Below are positions 53,052-64,000 of a DNA stretch of 64,000 nt, piece after piece. Origin of the DNA: Nitrospirota bacterium (lineage in GTDB: Bacteria; Nitrospirota; UBA9217); the NCBI GenBank assembly GCA_963705595.1, contig CAVPKD010000002.1:261962-325961 (forward strand), read 5' to 3'. A program made the translations under genes and the position numbers. The notes beneath the pieces were generated by a model that saw only the letters and a program-made list of their open reading frames with translations, ran no database searches and was not told the origin of the DNA. Position 1 is the stretch's first letter, and each line of letters begins with the position of its first letter.

Positions 53052-53852
53052 ATGGTTTTAGAAAAGCATAGACTGACGTCTATTATTTTCGACGTATTTT
53101 CGAAGCTCACGCATTCGGTAACAGTGTACCTATTAATTTATTTTTTTATCCCAGGGATCATTTTTGGAATGCATATCTGTATGAATGTGAAAAAGATCGG
53201 CATCAGCTTCCTGCTAGTTGTCCTGCTTGTCCTATGCAGCTACTATTTTATAGACGCAAGAACCGCCTTGTTAGTCAATAGAGTATGGATGTCCCATGCT
53301 CGTCTGGCTGTCTTTTCCGCTAACATTCCCGACTTCTTATTTTCCATAGTTTGTCTCATTACTGTCATTGCATGGACAGCATATTTCTACCTCACTCATA
53401 AAGGCATTTACGACACACATACGCGGTTCTTTCAGCTCGTTGCCATTACGATCCCGCTAACATTCTTTCTGAAATCCTCCCTGAAGCATGTGGTTGGCAG
53501 AATCGACACAAGATTCTGGTTACATCATCCCGGTTTTAAAGAGTTCCACTGGTTTCACGGAGGGGGAAATTACACCAGTTTTCCTTCGGGGCATATGGCT
53601 GTTTTTATGGCTCTCGCTATCGCCCTGTGGATGTTCTATCCTCGCTATCAGTCCGCATATATTAGCTTCTTATCGGTTCTGGCGCTGGCTCTCATTATTA
53701 CCAATTATCATTTCATCAGTGATGTTGTTGCCGGTGCTTACCTCGGTTTCTTTGTTAATTATTTTACCCATCTTGGCTTAACATTCTTCTCAAATAGAAG
53801 GATGAGAACTGGTGAATATGATCAGAAGAATGAGAGTCGACAATTATTATAA
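53052..53852 (+). CDS. PAP2-family membrane phosphatase. The ORF is open from 52917, so the start is uncertain.
   Basis: Multi-TM. SFPSGHMAVF and HFISDVVAGAYLGF (PSGH and SRxxxxxHxxxD-like motifs, both intact). Confidence 0.55.
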   Translation: MVLEKHRLTSIIFDVFSKLTHSVTVYLLIYFFIPGIIFGMHICMNVKKIGISFLLVVLLVLCSYYFIDARTALLVNRVWMSHARLAVFSANIPDFLFSIVCLITVIAWTAYFYLTHKGIYDTHTRFFQLVAITIPLTFFLKSSLKHVVGRIDTRFWLHHPGFKEFHWFHGGGNYTSFPSGHMAVFMALAIALWMFYPRYQSAYISFLSVLALALIITNYHFISDVVAGAYLGFFVNYFTHLGLTFFSNRRMRTGEYDQKNESRQLL

Positions 53853-54182
53853 GCGATCTACTTCATGTCGCTGAGATATATCTTCGTTCCCATTAAATAC
53901 TAGCCCGGTTCAGGACAGGCTGCACCTGTTCCGAATAATCGTACATCTGGTTGTCTGAAACGGGCAAAAAAGTGGCTGATTTTACCACAGCTCATTTCAT
54001 TGTTTCCTTTTCCCCAGGAATCCCAGACCTAGCACATTTGGGACCGCATAGTTTTTCTACAAGAGACAGTCAGAAACTTGCAATAATGGACATGGAATAT
54101 ATTTTGATACCCGTCTCCCCTCATAAATTAAAACAACCACTTGACAATACCCCTAAAAGGGATAGAATATTTATTAGACTGA

Positions 54183-54224
54183 CTGGCAGTCTTGGGGTCA
54201 GGAGTTCTATTCGCCTCGACTCCA
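54183..54224 (+). repeat. tRNA-Ala 3'-half copy 5, degenerate (outermost att-type repeat).
   Basis: ctggcagtcttggggtcaggagttctattcgcctcgactcca. It is preceded by a sigma70-like TTGACA-16-TAGAAT at 54151..54178. Confidence 0.65.
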
Positions 54225-54295
54225 GTAAGCAATGAAAAGGGTTGGCCAACAGGTCAGCCCTTTATTTTTGCTACGACATCACGAAGGAGCCCCAC

Positions 54296-55687
54296 ATGGA
54301 CAACGACAATCTTATTGCTGCACTTGATCACTTCCAAAATCATACACCCGATTACCTCGACCACCTCAAAGACCTTGTCCGAGTCCCAAGCATAAGCTTT
54401 CCCGGGTTCGACCTTGCCACGGTTAGACGAAGTGCAGAGACTGTTGCAAAAGTCCTCGCCAAAAGCGGTCTCAAGGATGTTCGCATCTTGGATACCGGGG
54501 TAGGTCATCCTTCTGTGTTCGGTCAATGGACGGGCGATCCCGGAAAACCAACGATCCTCCTGTACGCACACCACGATGTCCAGCCTGTTGGGAGAGAAGA
54601 TCTTTGGACGACGCCGCCTTTCGAGCCGTCGGAACGGAACGGCAGGCTCTACGGCCGTGGAGTCTCCGACGACAAGGGAGGCGTGATGATGCATGCCGCG
54701 GCCATCAGGTCATACCTCGCGTCCATCGGTAGTCTGCCTGTGAACGTCAAAGTATTGATTGAAGGTGAAGAAGAGGTGGGCTCGACGAACCTTGACAAAC
54801 TGCTTCAGGGTCACCGCGAGCTCTTTTCGGCAGACGTGGTCCTTATTGCGGACAGCGAGAACTTCGACAGCGGTATCCCATCGCTAACGGCCTCGCTCCG
54901 CGGTATTGTGACCGTGAATATCGAGGTACGATCGCTCTCATCGAGCGTACATTCAGGCACCTGGGGCGGCCCGCTGCCTGACCCCGTGCTCGCCCTCGCA
55001 AAGATGCTTGCAGGCCTTGTTGATGACCAGGGGAAGCCCTCCATCCCGGGCCTTTTGGACAAGGTGCGGCGACTCTCGCCGACAGAGAGAGCATGCCTCA
55101 ATGCCCTGCCGTTCAAGGAGACGCTCTACCGGAAACAGTCAAAAATCTTAACCGGGGTACAAATTATCGGGGGCGAAGGCTCGGTCTACGAAAAAATGTG
55201 GCACCGACCGTCCATCGCCGTGAACGCAATCGAAGCGAGCAGCCGCCGTCAGGCTGCCAATATCATCAACGACTCAGCCTGGGCTCGGGTCGGGATACGG
55301 ATAGTCCCGGATATGGATCCTGCGGAGACTCTGGATCTGCTTAAGGAACACTTGATACGCCATGCGCCATGGGGCGTCGAGGTGATGATAGAACAAGAGT
55401 CGCCCTCACGCTGGTGGAGGACCGATACGAATGGCCCCATATTTGAGATAGCACGCGCAGCGCTTGAGAAAGGATACGGCAAAAAACCGGCAGTCGTGGG
55501 CGCAGGCGGCTCCATTCCCTTTGTGCAGACCATAACGGAGGCGCTTGGCGGCATCCCTGCCTTACTTTTTGGCATAGGAGACCCCTACACGGCGGCGCAC
55601 TCGGAGAATGAGAGCCTTTTAATTTCTGACTGGGAAAAAGGATGCAGGAGCCTCATTCATCTGTTTGCTGCACTGTCTGATTTGTAA
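54296..55687 (+). CDS. M20/M25/M40-family metallopeptidase (dipeptidase / DapE-ArgE-like).
   Basis: MDNDNLIAALDHFQNHTPDYLDHLKDLVRVPSIS…LLYAHHDVQP…GRGVSDDKGGV…, with the M20 metal-binding motifs. Confidence 0.8.
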   Translation: MDNDNLIAALDHFQNHTPDYLDHLKDLVRVPSISFPGFDLATVRRSAETVAKVLAKSGLKDVRILDTGVGHPSVFGQWTGDPGKPTILLYAHHDVQPVGREDLWTTPPFEPSERNGRLYGRGVSDDKGGVMMHAAAIRSYLASIGSLPVNVKVLIEGEEEVGSTNLDKLLQGHRELFSADVVLIADSENFDSGIPSLTASLRGIVTVNIEVRSLSSSVHSGTWGGPLPDPVLALAKMLAGLVDDQGKPSIPGLLDKVRRLSPTERACLNALPFKETLYRKQSKILTGVQIIGGEGSVYEKMWHRPSIAVNAIEASSRRQAANIINDSAWARVGIRIVPDMDPAETLDLLKEHLIRHAPWGVEVMIEQESPSRWWRTDTNGPIFEIARAALEKGYGKKPAVVGAGGSIPFVQTITEALGGIPALLFGIGDPYTAAHSENESLLISDWEKGCRSLIHLFAALSDL

Positions 55688-55995
55688 AATTGCCTTTCTC
55701 TCCGAGACATGATTTTAAATGTAGTCTGTATCTTCGGACCTTGTCACTACTTCAGGTGGCACCATCCTCCATATCAAATTTACGTTCCCACACGATACGG
55801 TAACAATCGAGCTCACTGCGGAAGTCGCTCGCATCTTACAACTCGGCACTCAGCGGAAGTAGAGCCGGGCATGGGTCTCCGTTTTGCGGATATCCCTGAA
55901 GCTGTTCTGATGAGGATAAGAAACTTAGTCCATGGGGAGATGATGGGGGGCCTTGACTGGAAAACGGATATTTAACCACTTCATGACAACCGAAA

Positions 55996-56036
55996 AGAGG
56001 GTTCGTCCGATCGGGACGAACCCTCTTCTTTTTTTC
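55996..56036 (+). terminator. Intrinsic terminator (GAGGGTTCGTCC-gatc-GGGACGAACCCTC + T7), between the convergent peptidase and SurA-like genes.
   Basis: Read directly. A-tract on one side and T-tract on the other, so it may act in both directions. Confidence 0.6.
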
Positions 56037-56047
56037 GGAATCTCCTT

Positions 56048-56740
56048 TTAAAGAGAGAGAACCTTTTCATCTATCTGTACAGAAGCCTTGTTCTGAAGGC
56101 CCTTGACAAACGCATTGAGCGCCTCTCTCCGCTTCTCGGCGAGATATGTTTGTCTGAAGACCGCCTTGTTCTTCTCAAAATCCCTAGGCTTGGCCTTGGG
56201 GTTCTTCGATGCGTATGCAGCGGATAGTTCGGCATCAGTAACCGAAACTCCATCCTCGACAAGCTGCTCCAATTTCTGCCTGAGCAGGTACTCACGCTGA
56301 CTGGATTCAAATATTGCAGGGGTCACGTTGATACGGTCGAGATAAAAGTCATAGCTCCTTTTATCGAACTTACCGTCTATGTTAAAGGCAGGTATCCGCA
56401 CGATATGCGCCTGCAGTTCTTCATCCGTAACCCGCAGTCCCACGCGTTGCGCTTCCTGAATAAGCAGTCTGTGCGCGATTAGTTCACGGAGAGCTTGCTG
56501 CTTGATTGATTTCGCAAAATTCTCGTCGAACTGTTCCTTCAAGACCTGTCGGTAGTTTTCGTACATGTTCCTATACACCCGGTTCAGCTCGTCCGATGAG
56601 ATCACGTATCCGTCAACTTTTGCTACCATCCTGCCACTCGTCGCGGATGGATATATCCCGAAGAAAAGAAATGTTACCGTAATAAGACCGACTATGACCC
56701 ACATCATCCATGACATATGTTTCCGCATTGATTCAAGCAT
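56048..56740 (-). CDS. SurA N-terminal-domain (PpiD-like) periplasmic chaperone.
   Basis: N-terminal TM (MSWMMWVIVGLITVTFLFFGIY). Then VAKVDGYVISSDELNRVY…LRELIAHRLLIQEAQRVGLRVTDEEL… (SurA_N-like). Confidence 0.6.
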   Translation of the reverse strand: MLESMRKHMSWMMWVIVGLITVTFLFFGIYPSATSGRMVAKVDGYVISSDELNRVYRNMYENYRQVLKEQFDENFAKSIKQQALRELIAHRLLIQEAQRVGLRVTDEELQAHIVRIPAFNIDGKFDKRSYDFYLDRINVTPAIFESSQREYLLRQKLEQLVEDGVSVTDAELSAAYASKNPKAKPRDFEKNKAVFRQTYLAEKRREALNAFVKGLQNKASVQIDEKVLSL

Positions 56741-56792
56741 CTTAAATCCCCCTGCCAATATTTTATATTTAAAACGTTACATCCTGAAATTG

Positions 56793-58223
56793 CTATTCAC
56801 TCAGTTTTTTCTTCAGCAGCTGGTTGACGAGGTCCGGATTCGCCTTGCCTTTGCTCGCCTTCATTACTTGGCCAACGAAAAAGCCGAAGAGCTTTTCTTT
56901 CCCTGCCTTGTAATCCGCAGTCTGGGCCGGATTGGCCGTGATCACCTCGTCGATGATTTTTTCGATTGCGCCGGTGTCCGAGACCTGCACGAGTCCCTCT
57001 TCCCTGACGACCGTTTCGGCATCCTTGCCTGTCTTGTACATTTCCTCGAACACGGTCTTGGCGATCTTGGTGCTGATCACGCCGTCGCTGATCATCTTGA
57101 TCATCCCGGCGAGCCGGTCCGGCTTGATGGGGCAGTCCTCGATCTCCCTGCCTTCGACGTTCAGGAGGCGCATTAGCTCGCCCATCATCCAGTTCGATAC
57201 CACCTTGGGCTGGCCCGAAAGCTTTGCCGCGTCCTCGTAATATGCTGCCATTGCCCGGCTCTGAGTGAGCATGTCGGCGTCGTATTCCGGGAGACCGTAG
57301 TCCTTCACGAACCGCTCGCGCTTGACATCGGGAAGCTCGGGAATTGTTTTTCCGATATTTTCTATGGATTCTTTTGACACGATGACAGGCACGAGGTCGG
57401 GCTCCGGGAAATACCGGTAGTCGTGCGCCTCTTCCTTGCTCCGCATGGAGAAGGTGACACCCTTTGTCGAGTCGAAGAGCCTTGTCTCCTGAACGACCTT
57501 GCCTCCTTCGTCGAGGATCTGCGCCTGACGCTTGATCTCGTACTCGAGCGCCTTCTGCACGAACTTGAAGGAGTTCACGTTCTTGACCTCGGCCCTCGTG
57601 CCGAATTCCGCGGTACCCACCGGCCGGATCGAGACGTTGGCATCGCACCGGAAGTTGCCTTTTTCCATGTCCGCATCGGACACCTCGATGTAGCGCAGAA
57701 TGGAGCGAAGCTTCTTGAGATACTCCGACGCCTCCTCTGGCGTTCGAATGTCCGGCTCGGACACGATCTCCATGAGCGGCGTTCCGGCGCGGTTCAGGTC
57801 CACAAGGCTCGCTCCACCCTCGGCTTCGTGCAGGTTCTTGCCCGCATCCTCTTCAAGATGGATACGAGTAAGGCCGATGCGCTTAACTTTTCCGTCGACC
57901 ACGATCTCAACGTAACCATGTTCACAAATCGGCAGTTCGTACTGCGATATCTGGTAGCCCTTGGGAAGGTCGGGATAGAAATAGTTCTTCCGCGCGAACC
58001 GGCTGTACGAGCTGATCGTGCAGTGCGTGGCGAGTCCCGTCTTGACAGTGTACTCAACGGCCTTCTTGTTCAGCACCGGCAGCACGCCGGGCATGCCGAT
58101 GCAGACCGGGCAGGTCCGCGTGTTCGCCTCTTCGCCGAATTTCGTTTCACATCCGCAGAATATCTTGGTATTGGTCTGGAGCTGGGCATGCACTTCCAGA
58201 CCGATGACTGCTTCGTATTTCAT
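56793..58223 (-). CDS. gatB: Asp-tRNA(Asn)/Glu-tRNA(Gln) amidotransferase subunit B.
   Basis: Intact 476 aa. [25 protein letters not shown]…[15 protein letters not shown]…. Confidence 0.9.
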   Translation of the reverse strand: MKYEAVIGLEVHAQLQTNTKIFCGCETKFGEEANTRTCPVCIGMPGVLPVLNKKAVEYTVKTGLATHCTISSYSRFARKNYFYPDLPKGYQISQYELPICEHGYVEIVVDGKVKRIGLTRIHLEEDAGKNLHEAEGGASLVDLNRAGTPLMEIVSEPDIRTPEEASEYLKKLRSILRYIEVSDADMEKGNFRCDANVSIRPVGTAEFGTRAEVKNVNSFKFVQKALEYEIKRQAQILDEGGKVVQETRLFDSTKGVTFSMRSKEEAHDYRYFPEPDLVPVIVSKESIENIGKTIPELPDVKRERFVKDYGLPEYDADMLTQSRAMAAYYEDAAKLSGQPKVVSNWMMGELMRLLNVEGREIEDCPIKPDRLAGMIKMISDGVISTKIAKTVFEEMYKTGKDAETVVREEGLVQVSDTGAIEKIIDEVITANPAQTADYKAGKEKLFGFFVGQVMKASKGKANPDLVNQLLKKKLSE

Positions 58224-58280
58224 TCGCTACCTCACTGTGTTCTTTCCTTTACCCGGTCATCTCGTCCCCTGTCACCAAAC

Positions 58281-59743
58281 TCACAACTTCGCCTTTTTCT
58301 TATGCCACTCCGTCGCCTGTTCGTAGGCAAAGGCCGCATGCAGAATCGATTCTTCGTCAAAATGCCTGCCAAGCAGCTGTAGTCCGATCGGAAGATTCTG
58401 CTTCGTAAACCCGCAGGGTATCGAGATCCCCGGGATGCCGGCCAGGTTCACGCTGATCGTGAATATGTCCGACAGATACATCTGGAGCGGGTCGGCCGAC
58501 TTTTCCCCGATCTTGAACGCCGCTGTCGGCGCTGTTGGCGTGGCGATGATGTCCACGGACTTGAACGCCTCATCGAAATCGCGTTTGATCAGCGTTCTTA
58601 CCTGCTGCCCCTTCTTGTAATAGGCCTCATAGTATCCCGCCGAGAGCGCATACGTACCGAGCATGATCCTGCGCTTCACCTCGGGCCCGAATCCCTGACT
58701 GCGCGTCTTCATGATACATGTCCAGAAGGTCCTTTGCACCCTGAGCGCGGAAACCGTACTTCACGCCGTCATAGCGCGCGAGGTTGGAGCTGGCCTCGGA
58801 TGTTGCGAGGATGTAATACGTTGCCACGGCATAGCCCGTATGCGGAAGCGAAACATCCACCACTTTTGCTCCGAGTCCCTCCAGCGTCTTCACCGCATCC
58901 CTGACTGCCTTGTCCACCTCGGGGTCCATGCCTTCGATAAAATACTCCTTCGGCATCCCGATCTTCATGCCCTTCACGTCTTTTTTGAGCGCACGGGTAA
59001 AATCTGGAGCAGGGATGTTCGCCGACGTGGAATCCTTGGGATCATGGCCTGCGATGACATTCATGAGAAGCGCCGTGTCCGTCACGTCCTTGGTGATCGG
59101 TCCGATCTGGTCGAGCGATGACGCGAAGGCCACAAGGCCGTAACGCGATACCCTTCCGTAGGTCGGTTTGAGCCCCACGACCCCGCAGCAGGCCGCCGGC
59201 TGGCGGATGGAGCCGCCCGTATCCGAGCCGAGCGATCCGATGCACTCATCAGCTGCGACCGCGGCCGCGGAACCGCCGCTCGATCCGCCGGGAATACGGT
59301 CAAGGTCCCAGGGATTTTTTGTAACGAAAAATCCCGAGTTCTCTGTTGACGACCCCATGGCGAACTCATCCATGTTCGGCTTGCCGCAGAGGACGAAGCC
59401 CGACCTGTTTCAGCTTCCCGACCACGGTTGCGTCATAGGGAGGTACAAAATTTCCGAGTATCTTCGATGCGCAGGTGGTCTTGATGCCCTCGGTGCACAT
59501 ATTGTCCTTGACCGCGATCGGTATGCCGAGAAGCGGCGATGAGGTGTCACCTGCCTTTATCCGTTTGTCCGCGTCCTGTGCCTGTGCACGAGCAATGTCC
59601 TCGGTCACCGTGATGTAGGCCATGACCTTGTCGTCAACAGCCTTGATCCTGCCGAGAACCGATTCGGTAATGGCCAGCGCTGTTGTCTCGCCCTTCTTCA
59701 GCATGTCATGCAGTTCGTGAATTGTATGTTGATACAACTCCAT
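58281..59743 (-). CDS. gatA: Asp-tRNA(Asn)/Glu-tRNA(Gln) amidotransferase subunit A. Split into three ORFs by indels near 59370 and 58740.
   Basis: [19 protein letters not shown]…[24 protein letters not shown], then …[19 protein letters not shown]…[13 protein letters not shown] (amidase signature), and a C-terminal piece. Confidence 0.85.
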
Positions 59744-60097
59744 TATTTCTCCTTTACCCTGTTGTTTTCGTCCACGAGAACTATCTTTGGTTTGAACGTC
59801 TTGAGCTCATTTTCATTGAAGTACTCGTAGCAGAAAACAATGATCTTGTCGCCCTTGACACCCTGCCGAGCCGTCGGCCCGTTCAAGCACCATCTCGCCT
59901 GAGCCGCGCTTGCCCGGGATGACGTAGGTTTCGAATCGTTCTCCGTTGTTCAGGTTCGAAACATGAACCTGCTCATAGGAGAGCATGCCCGCTTCCTCAA
60001 GAAGCACGGGGTCAACGGTCAGGCTTCCCTCGTACTCGAGGTTCGCATCCGTTACGGTCGCGCGGTGTATTTTTGAACGAAGCATCAATCTAAACAT
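59744..60097 (-). CDS. panD: Aspartate 1-decarboxylase. Indels near the 3' end.
   Basis: [67 protein letters not shown]…. I translated the tail as …[36 protein letters not shown]. Confidence 0.8.
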
Positions 60098-60180
60098 TCT
60101 GATTACCTTCTTAATTCAGACAGGATAAAAGGTTCACATTTTTGACATGCTGTTCATCCTCTAAATCCCATCAAAGATAT

Positions 60181-60469
60181 TTACTCAATTATCTTCGGCA
60201 CCTTGTAATGCCCTGCATGCCTTGTCCGGCGCGTTGGCCAGCGCCCGGTCCTGGGTAAGACTCGCCTCCGGCACGTCGTCACGCATGACATTGTTGATGT
60301 CCAGCACGTGTGATGTTGGCTCTACACCCTTGGTGTCGAGCTCGTTCAGTTTCTCGACGTAGGTGAGAATGTTCGAGAGCTGATCGGTGAGCGTTTCCTT
60401 TTCCTGCTCCGAGAGCTCCAGCCTGGCAAGCCTGGCAACGTGTTCAACTTCCTGTTTCGTGATTTTCAT
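60181..60469 (-). CDS. gatC: Asp-tRNA(Asn)/Glu-tRNA(Gln) amidotransferase subunit C. One indel near the 3' end.
   Basis: MKITKQEVEHVARLARLELSEQEKETLTDQLSNILTYVEKLNELDTKGVEPTSHVLDINNVMRDD…. The tail translates as HYKVPKIIE in the alternative frame. Confidence 0.8.
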
Positions 60470-60591
60470 TATTACTCCTGAAAAGAATTTCACCGCAAAG
60501 TTCGCAGGGAACGCCGAGCTTAAATCTTGAATCCTGAATTTTGAACTTTGTCATTCTCTGCGTCATCCGCGTGCTCTGCGGTCAACAGCAT

Positions 60592-62846
60592 TTAAATAAC
60601 TTCCAGGTTCGCGTACTTCACCGCGAGCGTCTTCACTCCGTATCCCGGAAAACTCACGCTGATCTTCAGATCGTCACCTGCCCCTTCCGAGCGCTGCACC
60701 GTGCCGAGCCCGAACTTGGCATGCCGCACCACCGCACCCTTGTAGTAGCAGTCGCCGGCATAGGATTTCGACTTCCGTTCAGGCACACTGTCCGATTCAG
60801 CTCTTTCTTCCGCCAGAGCTGAACAGACTCGTGTTCCATGGCGCATGATCCCGAGCAGGGGAGAACTCGGCTGCGTACCCACCCGTCTATTTCCAGGCCT
60901 CACCCGGGATCTCCTCGCACAAAGCGCGAAACGAGGTTGGCCTGCGGGTATCCGTAGAGCCTGCGCTCCGGCCGCGTGAGTCAGGATGAGCCGCTCCTTG
61001 GCCCGCGTGATCCCCACGTAGCAAAGCCGGCGTTCTTCTTCAAGTTCTTCCTCGCTCTCGGCTGAACGGGAATGCGGAAACAGCCCTTCTTCCATGCCGG
61101 CCATGAACACCACGGAGAACTCAAGCCCCTTGGCGTTGTGGAGCGTCATGAGCGTCACCGTATCGGTGCTGCCGCGCCTTGCCTTCAGCCGCAATCTGCT
61201 GCTCCGAGTCCGTGATGAGCGCCACCTGGTCCAGAAACGCCGCAAGCGATGCATCGCGGTTCTGCTCCTGAAAGTCCTCGGTTGCGGTCATGAGCTCGTT
61301 CAGGTTCTCGATCCTGATCCGGGACTCCACGTTCTTTTCCTGTTCGAGCGCCGCGCCGTACCCGGACTCGTGGATGACCCGCCGGACCAGGTCCGTGATG
61401 CGTCGAACGTCCCGAGATCGACCCGCATCCGCTCCATCATGCCGGTGAACTCCCGGAGCTTTTTCTTCGCCGACGGTCGTGATGTCGGCACGTGTCCGGA
61501 TCCATCGCCGCCTGATAGAGACTGACACCGGCCCGGGCTGCCGCCGTCTCCAGTTTCTCGATCGTCGTATCGCCGATGCCGCGCGCCGGCACATTGATGA
61601 TCCTGCGCAGGCTCACGATATCCGCAGGATTCTGCAGCACCCGGAGATACGCGATGATGTCCTTGATCTCCTTGCGGTCGTAGAACCGCAGGCCGCCGAA
61701 GATCCGGTACGGGTATGCCCCGGTTTCGGAGCGCGTCCTCGAGCGCGCGGGACTGGGCGTTCGTGCGGTAGAGCACCGCGATCTCGCGCAGGCTCCTGCC
61801 CTCGTCCACTTCCTGCTGGATGGTCCGGCAGATGAAGCGCGCCTCGTCCTTCTCGTCCGTCGCCTTGTAGCACAGGATCTTGTCGCCGCCGCGCTTCTGG
61901 GTCCAGAGCTCCTTGGGCTTTCTGCCGAGGTTACGCGCCACCACTGCGCCGGCTGCGCCCAGGATGTTCTCGGTCGAGCGGTAGTTCTGCTCCAGCTTGA
62001 TGACCTTGCGCCTCGGGATAGTCCTTTTCGAAGTTCAGGATGTTCGAGATATCGGCGCCGCGGAACTTGTAGATGCTCTGGTCGTCGTCCCCCACGACGC
62101 ACAGGTTCTTCCGCTGCGATGTCAGCAGCCGCACGAGCCGGTACTGGGCATGGTTCGTGTCCTGATACTCGTCGATCAGGATGTGGTGGAACAGACGCCT
62201 GGTAATAGCCGAGCACGTCCTGATGCCGTTCGAAGAGCCGCACCGTGAGCATGAGCAGGTCGTCGAAATCGAGTCCGCCCGATTCCCTGAGCTTTTCCTC
62301 GTACAACGGAATAGACGCGCGAAACGGCCTCGTCGAACCCGAACCGGGCGCTCGTTTTCACGAACTGCTCCGCATCGGTCAGATTGTTCTTGAGCGCGCT
62401 GATCCGTGCGCTGATCGCCCGCGGCTGATACTGTTCCGCGTCGATCCGCAGATCCGCCATGCAGGCCTTGATGAGGGACGAGCGGTCGGTCTCGTCGTAG
62501 ATCACGAACTGCCGTTTGTACCCGAGCCGGTCGATATGCTGCCGCAGGATCCTGACGCAGGCGGAATGGAACGTGCTGATCCAGAGCCCCCATATCCGAC
62601 GCCCGTCCGAGCGGCATATCGAGCATCCGCTCGAGCCGCTCCCGCATCTCGTTCGCAGCCTTGTTCGTGAAGGTGACCGCCAGGATATTGCCCGGATCAA
62701 CGTCCCGGCTCGCGGATCAGGTGCGCGATCCTGCAGGTGATCACCCGGGTCTTGCCGCTGCCTGCACCGGCAAGGATCAGGAGCGGCCCGTCGCCGTGCA
62801 GCACCGCCTCACGCTGGGGCGGATTCAAATTGTCCAGATAATCCAT
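60592..62846 (-). CDS. pcrA: ATP-dependent DNA helicase PcrA/UvrD. Heavily fragmented by apparent indels.
   Basis: I translated the N-terminus as [44 protein letters not shown]. Further pieces: …[14 protein letters not shown]…, …[20 protein letters not shown]…, …[29 protein letters not shown]…[12 protein letters not shown]…, and a C-terminal …[16 protein letters not shown]…. Confidence 0.85.
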
Positions 62847-63020
62847 AGATCCTTTTAAACCGCAAATTTGCACAAATTAACACAAATGAAAAGAATCGTG
62901 AAGAACAAGACCTCAAAAGCTATGAAAGCGTAATCAGGATCTTCTTTAGTTTCGTTGTTCTTATGATGCATGAGAATTCGTGTCAATTCGTAACTACATT
63001 GTTCCTCACGGGTGGCAGAA

Positions 63021-64000
<980 letters not shown>

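Larger units (their letters stand above)
49823..54182 (+). mobile_element. Island 4. About 4.4 kb carrying an orphan Phd/YefM antitoxin, a hybrid histidine kinase and a PAP2 membrane phosphatase. No integrase.
   Basis: Bounded by repeat copies 4 and 5. AT-rich intergenic stretches. Confidence 0.45.

Noticed and set aside
42877-54224. Could the regularly recurring 45-nt repeats be a CRISPR array?
   Set aside because: The repeats are the 3' half of tRNA-Ala itself. Spacing is 0.9-5.7 kb, not 30-40 bp. The copies decay progressively and gene-sized cargo lies between them. This is an att-site / genomic-island signature, not CRISPR.
55709-55975. An 88-aa ORF between the M20 peptidase and the bidirectional terminator.
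   Set aside because: No RBS, no recognisable domain and an unusual composition. It is more likely 3'UTR sequence upstream of the terminator at 55996.

Overview
This is a 64-kb, roughly 58% GC bacterial chromosomal segment. The gene content (group 3b NiFe-hydrogenase, iron-sulfur flavoprotein, radical SAM enzyme, GatCAB) points to an anaerobe, probably an uncultivated lineage. The assembly looks indel-prone: many certainly essential genes (pheS, pheT, carB, carA, pyrB/C/D/K, gatA, uvrD, glmS, hydB/G) are split into two to ten adjacent frame-shifted ORFs. The shifts cluster at G/C homopolymers, while long lower-GC genes are intact, so I read these as sequencing errors rather than pseudogenes. 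Coordinates for such genes are approximate.

Layout, all on the minus strand unless noted:
- An archaeal/eukaryal-type pheS-pheT pair at the left edge.
- queA, a TPR/zinc-peptidase protein, yjbQ, a Na/Pi cotransporter, a DHH-CBS-nucleotidyltransferase fusion and xerD.
- A long pyrimidine operon, pyrR-pyrB-pyrC-(metallophosphoesterase)-carA-(radical SAM)-carB-greA-pyrK-pyrD, with a PyrR-type attenuator upstream.
- On the plus strand, a four-gene envelope-export cluster: ABC ATPase, double-FtsX permease, LolA-like periplasmic protein, outer-membrane beta-barrel.
- A c-di-GMP module: HEAT-repeat protein, HD-GYP, REC-PAS-GGDEF.
- On the plus strand, a hydBGDA sulfhydrogenase operon.
- A tRNA-Ala(GGC) gene at 41.9 kb, which is the most unusual locus. 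It is preceded by a perfect 2x213-bp tandem duplication of its promoter plus 5' half, ending exactly at the anticodon loop. It is followed by four decaying direct copies of its 3' half, at 42.9, 44.0, 49.8 and 54.2 kb. These delimit a roughly 12-kb array of four accreted, AT-richer islands with no integrase.
- The islands carry a DUF2844-like protein, a pepsin-like aspartic-protease lipoprotein, a LEA14-like lipoprotein, two PAP2 paralogues (one degenerate with an in-frame stop), a hybrid histidine kinase and an orphan Phd/YefM antitoxin.
- Downstream: an M20 peptidase, a SurA-like chaperone, gatB, gatA, panD, gatC, pcrA/uvrD and the 3' end of glmS.
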